NCBI GenBank assembly: GCA_040767805.1
Contig: JAXGNU010000007.1
Span: 1 to 64,000, forward strand
DNA length: 64,000 bases
Direction of reading: 5' to 3'
DNA from: Thermovirgaceae bacterium
Lineage (GTDB): Bacteria; Synergistota; Synergistia; Synergistales; Thermovirgaceae
Within the stretch, counting starts at the first letter, position 1; each line of letters opens with the position of its first letter. Position numbers and translations under genes: made by a program. Shown here piece after piece: positions 56,250 through 64,000 of the stretch. The notes below the pieces were generated by a model. The model had not been told where the DNA came from. It ran no database searches and saw only the letters and a program-made list of their open reading frames with translations.

Positions 56250-57356
56250 TTACCGATGGCCCTTTTTCGAGAGTCTTTCCAAAGCCTTGGATATTCTTTC
56301 AGCCCTCTGCAGTCTAAAGCGCGCTCCCGTAAGCGCTTCCGGGTCCGTTTCGAACCTTTTCTCCATTTCCTTCGCCTTGCGCTCAAGGCCTACAATCCTG
56401 TTTCCCGAAACGACCTTGTCGGCCAGGTAGAGCAGGGATCTTTCCGAAAGGAGGGGTTCCTTTTCCGGGAGATCCATGTGGTACCTGACGAGATCGGCCG
56501 TGGCGGCGAAACCCCAGGAATCCAGCGTCCCAGCCGCCGCTTCGGCGTGATCCCGCCCGGCCCGGGACATGTCGTGGAGCAGTGCTGCCGCTGCCAGGTT
56601 TTCGGTGTCCACGGGGAGAATGCCCTTCAAGGCCCGGGCGAATCCGACGGCGACCTCCGCCACGACGCGGCAGTGATCGCGGACCTCCGGGGGGGTCGAG
56701 AGGATCTCCCAAAAGGCCAGGCACTCTTTTTCGGTGGGGATCCCTCTCCGCGAGGCGAGGGACCTCAGGGCCGCGTATTCTTCCGGGGTGTTCATCTCGG
56801 TCACGACGCCCTGGTCCGGCATCTCCAGGACCAGTGATGCCTCCTCGTACCGGTCGAGAAAGGTCCTCAACCCCCCCGGGCCATCCCACTCCAGGATGCC
56901 CGGAATAAGCCTGGTCGCTACCAGGGGAGGGTGCCCCCTCCTGCCGAGGAAGGCGGGGATGACGACGGCTGAGTTCGGCTCGGAGCGCCGGGCCTGCTTA
57001 AGGGCTTGCAAGGTGGCGGGTTTGACCAGGGGCACATCGACGGGCAGGAGGAAGAACGCGTCAAGATTCGGGGAGAGCGCCGTGACACCCGCCTTGATGG
57101 AGGAGAGCATGCCCTTTTCGTAGTGTTCGTTGAAGACGGCGCGGGCACCCCCTCTTTTTGCTTCTCCTTCGACTGCTTCACGGTAGTGCCCTGATACGAC
57201 GACGATGTCTTTGACCCCTGAGAGACGCAGAGTGGATAGGATTCGTTCGAGGGCGGCGGAGCCCCCCACGTCAAGGAGGGCTTTGCATTTTCCCATCCTC
57301 GATGAAAAACCTGCGGCAAGGACCACGGCACCGGTCCGGATCCCATTGGACGTCAC
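56250..57356 (-). CDS. MocA-like Moco cytidylyltransferase fused to an HD domain
   Basis: LAAGFSSRMG..K, GMLSS, PVDVP and GHPPL; then H...VA, ALLHD and LADK. Confidence 0.85.
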   Translation of the reverse strand: MTSNGIRTGAVVLAAGFSSRMGKCKALLDVGGSAALERILSTLRLSGVKDIVVVSGHYREAVEGEAKRGGARAVFNEHYEKGMLSSIKAGVTALSPNLDAFFLLPVDVPLVKPATLQALKQARRSEPNSAVVIPAFLGRRGHPPLVATRLIPGILEWDGPGGLRTFLDRYEEASLVLEMPDQGVVTEMNTPEEYAALRSLASRRGIPTEKECLAFWEILSTPPEVRDHCRVVAEVAVGFARALKGILPVDTENLAAAALLHDMSRAGRDHAEAAAGTLDSWGFAATADLVRYHMDLPEKEPLLSERSLLYLADKVVSGNRIVGLERKAKEMEKRFETDPEALTGARFRLQRAERISKALERLSKKGHR

Positions 57357-58036
57357 GGCAGTTCCCCCCGGACGATTTGGAGGCCTTCGGGATCCTTCAC
57401 CAGGAGGGCCTTTCCTTGCCTTTCCACGATCCTTATACCGCCGTACCCGGGGTCAAACCGGAAGGTCTCGGGGAAGGGGACTTTGAAGAGGCCGTGGAGA
57501 AGGACGCGAAAGACGCCGGCGTGGGATACGATCAGCCATCGTCCTCCCTTAAGAAGCAGGGAAAGAAGAAAAGGGACGGCCCTGGCCTCCAGATCGGCGA
57601 AGGACTCCCCCCCGGGGAAAGGGAAGGAGAAGAGGTCTTTCTCTCTTTGCTCCCATAAATGGGGGGATTCCCTGGAGATGTCCTCCTTTTCCCGCCCATC
57701 CCAGCGCCCAAGGTCGATCTCCGACAACTCCTCCTTCACCACCGTTTTTATCTCAAGGTGTCCGGCTATGATCTCCGCCGTCTTCCTCGCCCGTGCCAAG
57801 GGACTGCAGAAGAATCCCCTCCAGGAGAAGGGGCGGGCCCAGAGGGATACCCTCTCCGCCTGGGTACGGCCCAGCGGTGAGAGTCCTATCCCTGTTCGGC
57901 CCAAAAAGACCCTCCACGGGGTGGGCAGACCGGGTTCGCCGTGCCTGACGAAGACCAGGCCGTCCTCCAGTAGTCCCGGGGTATTTCCCGGACGCTGCTC
58001 TTGATCTTTCGAGGGGTATCGATCGTTACCGGTCAT
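57353..58036 (-). CDS. Histidine phosphatase family protein
   Basis: RHG, SPL.RA..TA, EIDLG.WDG, PGGES and VSHAG motifs. Confidence 0.88.
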   Translation of the reverse strand: MTGNDRYPSKDQEQRPGNTPGLLEDGLVFVRHGEPGLPTPWRVFLGRTGIGLSPLGRTQAERVSLWARPFSWRGFFCSPLARARKTAEIIAGHLEIKTVVKEELSEIDLGRWDGREKEDISRESPHLWEQREKDLFSFPFPGGESFADLEARAVPFLLSLLLKGGRWLIVSHAGVFRVLLHGLFKVPFPETFRFDPGYGGIRIVERQGKALLVKDPEGLQIVRGELP

Positions 58037-58158
58037 CGAAGGGAATCAGCCGCCTTTCACCCACTGCGGGTACCGAAAAGGCCGGACTCAGCTTAGCCGC
58101 ATCGAAAGCAAGCGGTACTAAAGAAGGCCCGGCCCGTTATGCAAGAAAACCTAATAAT

Positions 58159-58623
58159 TCAGCAGAACCTTTTCCTGAAGGCTTTTCTCGCCCTTTCGCT
58201 CCTGAGCGAGCACTCACTGGAGAGGCCCTCGCCGAAGTCGAAGGAAGCACCGGTGACCGACAGGGCCCAGGCATCGCCGTACGCCGTGCCGAGATCTCCC
58301 AGGAGGGCGAGGAACCAGGCTGGACCGAAAGAGTGGATGTTCAGGCCCCGGTTCGAGGCGGCGTCGGGGTCGATCCTCTCCAGGGTGAACCCACCGTAGT
58401 ATTCTTCCAGCGAAGCGTCCACGAAGATGAGTATGTCGTCGGGTCCTATCCCCAGGGCCGCCTCGGGCAGCAGCTGGTGCGAAAGCCACAAGAAGGCCCT
58501 TTTGCCCGCTCTTTCCAGGTCTTCGACCAGGAGCGGCGCCAGGCTGTGGGCCACGCCGTCGTCCTGCCGGAAGGGGTTTCCGTATCCGAAGACTCGGAAA
58601 GGGCGGCCCTCGTCGGTCGTCAG
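58159..58623 (-). CDS. Hydrogenase maturation protease (probable CTG start overlapping the hydL stop)
   Basis: In-frame GYGNPFRQDDG upstream of the first GTG; HQL.PE, FVDA and GEGLS motifs. Confidence 0.85.
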   Translation of the reverse strand: MTTDEGRPFRVFGYGNPFRQDDGVAHSLAPLLVEDLERAGKRAFLWLSHQLLPEAALGIGPDDILIFVDASLEEYYGGFTLERIDPDAASNRGLNIHSFGPAWFLALLGDLGTAYGDAWALSVTGASFDFGEGLSSECSLRSERARKAFRKRFC

Positions 58624-60044
58624 TTCTTGACCTCCCTCTTCAGGCTGCCGTCGGCACCGAAGATCTCCAGGTGCAGGGGCATCCTCCCCACGGCATGGGT
58701 GGAGCAGGAGAGGCAGGGGTCGTAGCAGCGGATGACGTGTTCCATGGAGTTCAGGATCCCCTCGGAGGGTTCGCCCCCATGGATGTTCTCCCGGGCGACC
58801 ATGTCGACGCCCCTGTTCATGGCGTGGTTGTTGTGCCCCGTGGCGACGATGAGGTTAACCCCGGTCAGGACGCCGTTCTCATCGACCTGGTAGTGGTGGA
58901 TGAGGGTCCCCCGGGGCGCCTCGATGACGCCGATCCCCTCGGGATAGAGTTCCGTCGAGGTGACCCGGAGGTCGCTGCCCATGACGTCGGGGTCCTCCAT
59001 CAGTTCCTCGATCCTCTCGACGCCGTAGAGCGTCTCGATGAGCCTTGCGTAGTGATAGTAGAGCGTCTTGTGGACCAGTCCGTCCTCGGCCCCTTCACGG
59101 AAGTGTGCCAGTTCGGCCGACGCTTCGGGGGTGGCGATGTCGTCGCAGGCGTTCACCCTTCCCAGGGGCCCGACGCGGTAACTGCCGTGGGGGAAACCCA
59201 TGGGCTTGTAGAAGGGGAACTTGAGGTAGCTCCAAGGCTCAACGTGCTCACCAATAAAGTCCAGGTAAGCCCAGTCGGGGAACTCGTCGATGATGCGGCC
59301 CCTGGGCCCTTTAAGGCGGATGTCGCCGTCGTAGATCTCCAGGAAACCGTCCTGGACGAGCCCCATGTAGGCCGTCTCCAGCGTAGCGAAGGTGGCGGCC
59401 TTTTCGGCGTTCTCCTCGAGATAGCCCTTCACCAGCGCGATGGCGTCCTTCACCGCCGCTTTCATCTGGGGGACCTGGGCCTTGATGGCGTCGACCTCCT
59501 GGGCCTTCAGGGAGCGGTTGACCCCTCCCGGAATGCTGTGCCAGGGGTGGACCTTCTTGCCGCCCAGGACCTGGATGATCTCCTGCCCGAACTTCCTCAG
59601 CAGCACGCCCTTAACGGCCAGGTCGGGGTACTTCCTTATCACGCCCACCACGTTCCTGACAGCTGGGTCGGCGTCGAACCCGAAAAGCAGGTCCGGGCTC
59701 GACAGGTGGAAAAAGCTCAGGGCGTGGGACTGGACGAACTGCCCTGCGTGCATGAGTTCCCGCAGTTTATGGGCCGTGGGCGTGATCTCAACGCCGAGCA
59801 GGGCGTCGCAGGCCTTGGCCGAGGCGAGGTGGTGGCTGACGGGGCATATCCCGCAGATCCTCGGGGTGATGACGGGCATCTCGCGAAAGTCGCGCCCCTT
59901 GCAGAAGTGCTCGAAGCCCCGGAACTGGGTCACGTGGAAGCGGGCTTCATTCACGCCGCCCTTCTCGTCGAGGTGGACGGTGATCTTCCCGTGCCCTTCG
60001 ATCCTGGTAATGGGGTTGATCTCTATCTTCCTGACGGTAGCCAT
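58620..60044 (-). CDS. Group 3 NiFe hydrogenase large subunit (HydL/HoxH-like)
   Basis: TRIEGH, RICGICPVSH, EAPRG and DPCLSCSTH plus cleavable C-terminal tail. Confidence 0.95.
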   Translation of the reverse strand: MATVRKIEINPITRIEGHGKITVHLDEKGGVNEARFHVTQFRGFEHFCKGRDFREMPVITPRICGICPVSHHLASAKACDALLGVEITPTAHKLRELMHAGQFVQSHALSFFHLSSPDLLFGFDADPAVRNVVGVIRKYPDLAVKGVLLRKFGQEIIQVLGGKKVHPWHSIPGGVNRSLKAQEVDAIKAQVPQMKAAVKDAIALVKGYLEENAEKAATFATLETAYMGLVQDGFLEIYDGDIRLKGPRGRIIDEFPDWAYLDFIGEHVEPWSYLKFPFYKPMGFPHGSYRVGPLGRVNACDDIATPEASAELAHFREGAEDGLVHKTLYYHYARLIETLYGVERIEELMEDPDVMGSDLRVTSTELYPEGIGVIEAPRGTLIHHYQVDENGVLTGVNLIVATGHNNHAMNRGVDMVARENIHGGEPSEGILNSMEHVIRCYDPCLSCSTHAVGRMPLHLEIFGADGSLKREVKN

Positions 60045-60057
60045 GATCGTGCCCCCT

Positions 60058-60597
60058 CTAGTCGTAGCGCATCATTTCCGAGGGGACCGTGGGAACACGC
60101 CCCTCGAGAAGTTCCTGGAAAACCCAGAGTATGGTGTCCGCGTCGGGCGGGCAGCCAGGTACGTAGACATCGACCTTGACCTCGTGGTCCACCGGGATGG
60201 CCTGGGGCAGGAGGTGAGGGATGTCCTCGTGGGGTATGACCTCCCCCGGATTGACCGTGCTCGGCGAGTCCACGTAGGCTTCCTTCAGGGCCTGTCGCCG
60301 GTCGGTGAAGTTCCTCATGCAGTTTATCCCGCCGAAGACGGCGCAGTCGCCCCATGCCACGATTATGTCGCACTGTTTTCTCATTTCCTTGGCCAGGTGG
60401 AGTTCCTCGTCGTTGCCGAGGGCCCCCTCGATGACGCCCACCGTCGCCTTGGGGATCTTCTTGCCGTCGACGATGGGGGAGTAGACGATATCGACCAGGT
60501 CCACCAGGTCCACCAGGCGTTCGTCGATATCGAGAAAGGACATGTGGCAACCCGCGCAGGCTTCAAGCCAGACCGTGGCCACCTTGACCTTAGCCAT
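60058..60597 (-). CDS. NiFe hydrogenase small subunit (HydS/HoxY-like, one cluster)
   Basis: CAGCHMS, GDCA..GG and PGCPP motifs; ~180 aa. Confidence 0.93.
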   Translation of the reverse strand: MAKVKVATVWLEACAGCHMSFLDIDERLVDLVDLVDIVYSPIVDGKKIPKATVGVIEGALGNDEELHLAKEMRKQCDIIVAWGDCAVFGGINCMRNFTDRRQALKEAYVDSPSTVNPGEVIPHEDIPHLLPQAIPVDHEVKVDVYVPGCPPDADTILWVFQELLEGRVPTVPSEMMRYD

Positions 60598-62651
60598 CAC
60601 TTTCGCACCTCCTCGAGCAAGACCATCTGGGCCTCCGTCGGAGGCTTCTCACTGGCGTAAACGTTCTCGCAGGGCGATTCCTCCGGTCTCCCCGGCTGGA
60701 CCCCCAGGTCGGCCGAGAGGTCCTTCAGGATCGACGCGAGGCCCCTGACCTCTCCCTTGGGAGGGACGACCACGTTGAGCCGGCGCCTCTCGCCCTCGAT
60801 GGTGCAGTAGTGCCCGCTCCGCTCGTACCAGGCCGGCGCCGGCAGCAGCACGTCGGCCAGGTTCACCAGCGGCTGGGCCCAGAAGGGGCACTGGACGACT
60901 ACGAACTTCGTGCCCGATATGGCGGAGAGGCTGGCCTCGTCCTCGGGGACCATCCCCGAGGAGTAGACGTAGAGGAAGTCGAGTTTCTTTTCGCCGATCC
61001 AGGGCTCCTTCGCCAGGACGGTGTTGATGGCGCCCAGGCTGTTGCCGCTCGATACCAGGGGTACGACGCCGATGCCGTCATCGAAAAAAGCCCCGCAGGC
61101 TATGGCCAGGTTCACCGCCGAGGTCACGGCGGCGGGGTTCCTCGAGAGGCATCCTCCCAGGAGGAATATGGGTTTGCGGGCAGCCCTGAGCCGCTCGAGG
61201 ATCTCCTCGATGGTTCTCTCGGGGATGCCCGTCTCCTCCGACAGCAGGGCCATGGCGTCCTGGGTGGACCCGCCCTGGGCGCCGCCGGGGAACTTGAGGC
61301 CCGCCACCAGGTCCGCCAGCCCCTGGACCAGGGCGGCGCTCTGCTCCGGCGTCGGGGCGACGGCGTCGATGTCGGTCAGGTCGCCGTAAGGGTTCGGCTT
61401 GCAGGAGATGTTCAGCAGGGCGGCCCCGTTCCGAAGGGCGCCCACCCGCATGTAACTGGCTATGACCGGGGCCTCATCGTCCGGCTCGGCCGAGAGGTTG
61501 ACCAGGCAATCGCTCTCCAGGATATTATGGGCGGCTGTGAAGGGGCGTACCCCCTGCCTGCTGAAGGGCTCAAACCCCTTGACGAAGCCCCGGAGGATGT
61601 CGCCGTCGAAGGTGTCAAGGCGCTGCATGCCCAGGCCGTCCTTGAAAAGGGAGACGAAAAGGGCCAGTTCCTCGTCGGTGCAGAGGCTCGACACCAGCAC
61701 ACCGTCGCTGTCGGCCTCGTGGGCTTTCTTGAACTTCTCGGCCACCAGCCCCAGGGCCTCCTCCCAGCCCGCCTCCCTGTAGTGGGAGCCCTCCCTGATC
61801 ATGGGGACGGAGATGCGCTCCCTTTCCGATGACCTCGGCAGGGTCCAGCGACCCTTCCTGCAAAGCTGGCCGCCGTCGGGTTCGGTGACGGCCGTCCCCT
61901 CGACCCTCGCTATGCTGCCCGTCCGGACGTAGACCTTGATTCGGCATCCGACCGGGCAGAGGGGGCACACGTTCTCGATCACGTCGTCGCAATCCTTCCT
62001 CCGCCCGCGGTAGGCGAACTCCCTGAGGGTGATGGTCCCCGTGGGGCAAACCTGCGCACAGGCTCCGCAGGTGGTGCAGGTGTCGCTCTCCCCCAGCCGG
62101 CGCCCCAGGTCGGAGACCACCGTGGCGTTCCAGCCCCTCTTCTGGAGGTCCAGCGTGTGGGTCCCCACCTTCTCGGCGCAGACCCTTATGCAGCGGAGGC
62201 AGAGTATGCAGCGGTTGTGGTCGATCTGGATGTCCCTGTGGGTGGCGTCGTTCTCGAACCCCGCGTAGAGGTAGGGGTAGCGGACGCTGTCCATCCCGTG
62301 TTCTATGGCCAGGTCCTGGAGTTCGCAGTCGCCGCTCTGGGAGCAGTACATGCAGAAATGATTCCGCCCGGCGAAGATCAGTTCCAGCATCTGTCTCCGG
62401 TATTCCCTCAGTTTTTCCGTCTGGGTGTGCACCACCATGCCGTCCAGGGCGGGGGTGGTGCAGGCCGTCAACATCTTGGGGTTCTTCTCCACCTCGACGA
62501 CGCACATGCGGCAGGACCCTATGGGGGTCAGACCCTCGAGGTAGCAGAGTGCGGGGATGTAGACGTCGTTCTTGCGGGCCACTTCCATGATGGTATCCCC
62601 CTGGGCCCCTTTGCATGTTTTCCCGTCGATGGTAAGGGTGATCTCTTTCAT
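60597..62651 (-). CDS. HydA/NuoG-like Fe-S subunit with molybdopterin-oxidoreductase-like C-terminus
   Basis: C..GSCRMC, H.C..C...C, two CxxCxxC motifs and CPLCPVGC...C. Confidence 0.88.
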   Translation of the reverse strand: MKEITLTIDGKTCKGAQGDTIMEVARKNDVYIPALCYLEGLTPIGSCRMCVVEVEKNPKMLTACTTPALDGMVVHTQTEKLREYRRQMLELIFAGRNHFCMYCSQSGDCELQDLAIEHGMDSVRYPYLYAGFENDATHRDIQIDHNRCILCLRCIRVCAEKVGTHTLDLQKRGWNATVVSDLGRRLGESDTCTTCGACAQVCPTGTITLREFAYRGRRKDCDDVIENVCPLCPVGCRIKVYVRTGSIARVEGTAVTEPDGGQLCRKGRWTLPRSSERERISVPMIREGSHYREAGWEEALGLVAEKFKKAHEADSDGVLVSSLCTDEELALFVSLFKDGLGMQRLDTFDGDILRGFVKGFEPFSRQGVRPFTAAHNILESDCLVNLSAEPDDEAPVIASYMRVGALRNGAALLNISCKPNPYGDLTDIDAVAPTPEQSAALVQGLADLVAGLKFPGGAQGGSTQDAMALLSEETGIPERTIEEILERLRAARKPIFLLGGCLSRNPAAVTSAVNLAIACGAFFDDGIGVVPLVSSGNSLGAINTVLAKEPWIGEKKLDFLYVYSSGMVPEDEASLSAISGTKFVVVQCPFWAQPLVNLADVLLPAPAWYERSGHYCTIEGERRRLNVVVPPKGEVRGLASILKDLSADLGVQPGRPEESPCENVYASEKPPTEAQMVLLEEVRK

Positions 62652-62670
62652 CCTTCTATCCCCCCGCCTC

Positions 62671-64000
62671 TTATACTTTGGAGACCGCCTGGAAGGGGCA
62701 GACCTCCAGGCATGTCCCACACTTGATGCACTTTTCCTGGTCTATCACATAGGGGGTGTTCCTGTCGCCGGCTATGCAATTCACGGGGCAGTTCTTGGCG
62801 CAAAGGCCGCACTTCCTGCACTTCTCCGGGTCGATGACGTAGGAGATGAGGGCCTTGCAGACCATGGCGGGGCACTTTTTGTCCCTGATATGGGCCTCGT
62901 ACTCGTCCCTGAAGTACCTCAGCGTGGTGAGGACCGGGTTGGGCGCTGTCTGGCCGAGGCCGCAGAGGGACATCTCCTTGACCATCACAGCCAGGTCTTC
63001 CAGTATCTTCAGGTCCTCCATCCGCCCCTTCCCGGAGGAGATCTTGTCGAGGATCAGGAGCATCTGCTTCGTGCCCTCCCGGCAGGGGACGCATTTGCCG
63101 CAGGATTCCTTCTGGGTGAACTCGAGGAAGAATTTTGATACGTCCACCATGCAGGTGTCCTCGTCGATGACCACCAGGCCGCCGGAACCCATGATGGCCC
63201 CCGCGGCGGTGAGGGACTCGTAGTCCACCGGGAGGTCGAGGTGCTCCTCCGCCAGGCACCCGCCCGAGGGGCCACCGATCTGGACGGCCTTGAACTTCCT
63301 GTTGTTCAGGATCCCGCCGCCCATGTCGAAGACGATATCCCTGAGGGTAGTACCCATGGGCACTTCAACGAGACCAGTGTTGTTGACCTTGCCGGTCAGG
63401 GCGAAGACCTTCGTCCCCTTTGACTTCTCCGTCCCTATGGAGGCATACCAGGCCCCGCCGTTGCGGATGATGGTGGGGACGTTGGCCCAGGTCTCCACGT
63501 TGTTGATGTTGGTGGGTTTGTCCCAGAGGCCCTTGTTTGCCGGGAAGGGGGGCCGGGGGTAGGGCATTCCCCGCTCACCCTGGATGGAGGCCATGAGGGC
63601 GGTCTCCTCGCCGCAGACGAAGGCGCCGGCCCCTTCCTTGATGTGTACGTGGAAGGAGAAGTCCGATCCCATGATGTTGTCGCCGATGAGACCGTACTCG
63701 CCAGCCTGGGCGATGGCGCCCCGGAGCCTCTTGATGGCGAGGGGGTATTCGGCCCGGCAGTAGATGTAGCCCTCGTCGGCCCCTATGGCGTAGGCGCCCA
63801 GCATCATGCCCTCGATGACGGCGTGGGGGTCGCCCTCGAGGAGGGACCTGTCCATGAACGCCCCCGGGTCGCCCTCGTCGGCGTTGCAGATGACGTACTT
63901 CTTGTCCCCCTGGGCTTTCCTGCAGAATTCCCACTTGGCCCCCGTGGGGAACCCTCCGCCCCCTCTTCCCCTGAGCCCCGAAGCCCTTATCTCGGTGATC
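62671..64000 (-). CDS. HydB/NuoF-like flavin subunit, 5' end outside the window
   Basis: [30 protein letters not shown] and [12 protein letters not shown]-terminal 2x[4Fe-4S]. Confidence 0.92.
   Translation of the reverse strand, partial: ITEIRASGLRGRGGGGFPTGAKWEFCRKAQGDKKYVICNADEGDPGAFMDRSLLEGDPHAVIEGMMLGAYAIGADEGYIYCRAEYPLAIKRLRGAIAQAGEYGLIGDNIMGSDFSFHVHIKEGAGAFVCGEETALMASIQGERGMPYPRPPFPANKGLWDKPTNINNVETWANVPTIIRNGGAWYASIGTEKSKGTKVFALTGKVNNTGLVEVPMGTTLRDIVFDMGGGILNNRKFKAVQIGGPSGGCLAEEHLDLPVDYESLTAAGAIMGSGGLVVIDEDTCMVDVSKFFLEFTQKESCGKCVPCREGTKQMLLILDKISSGKGRMEDLKILEDLAVMVKEMSLCGLGQTAPNPVLTTLRYFRDEYEAHIRDKKCPAMVCKALISYVIDPEKCRKCGLCAKNCPVNCIAGDRNTPYVIDQEKCIKCGTCLEVCPFQAVSKV

Overview
GC-rich bacterial window, inferred to come from a Synergistota-like anaerobe (HydABCSL-type hydrogenase, general gene content). 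1-26 kb is mostly core DNA: an AbiE toxin-antitoxin pair, ROK kinase, OYE, ychF, Fur, glycogen genes with indels, ferredoxin, rarA and pduO. It is punctuated by an intergenic repeat family (GGGGTCAGACC termini plus heptamer arrays). Right after tRNA-Leu(CAA) at 26101 a visibly less GC-rich defence island begins. It contains sbcD, sbcC with one in-frame TGA, a DarT DNA ADP-ribosyltransferase with an unusual GreA-C-like N-terminus split by an IS21 element (5-bp CATAA duplication), and a NADAR-type antitoxin. A complete type 1 BREX locus (brxABC-pglX-pglZ-brxL) follows with almost no gap; its BrxL ends in a PLD/MIT_C-like domain rather than a Lon protease domain. Next is a molybdenum module: two short TrmO/TsaA paralogues flanking a Moco-riboswitch-led modABC, then a Mop-type aldehyde oxidoreductase, MocA-HD and a histidine phosphatase. 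The window ends in a HydABCSL-like NiFe hydrogenase operon. All assignments come from motif recognition by eye; no database searches were run.
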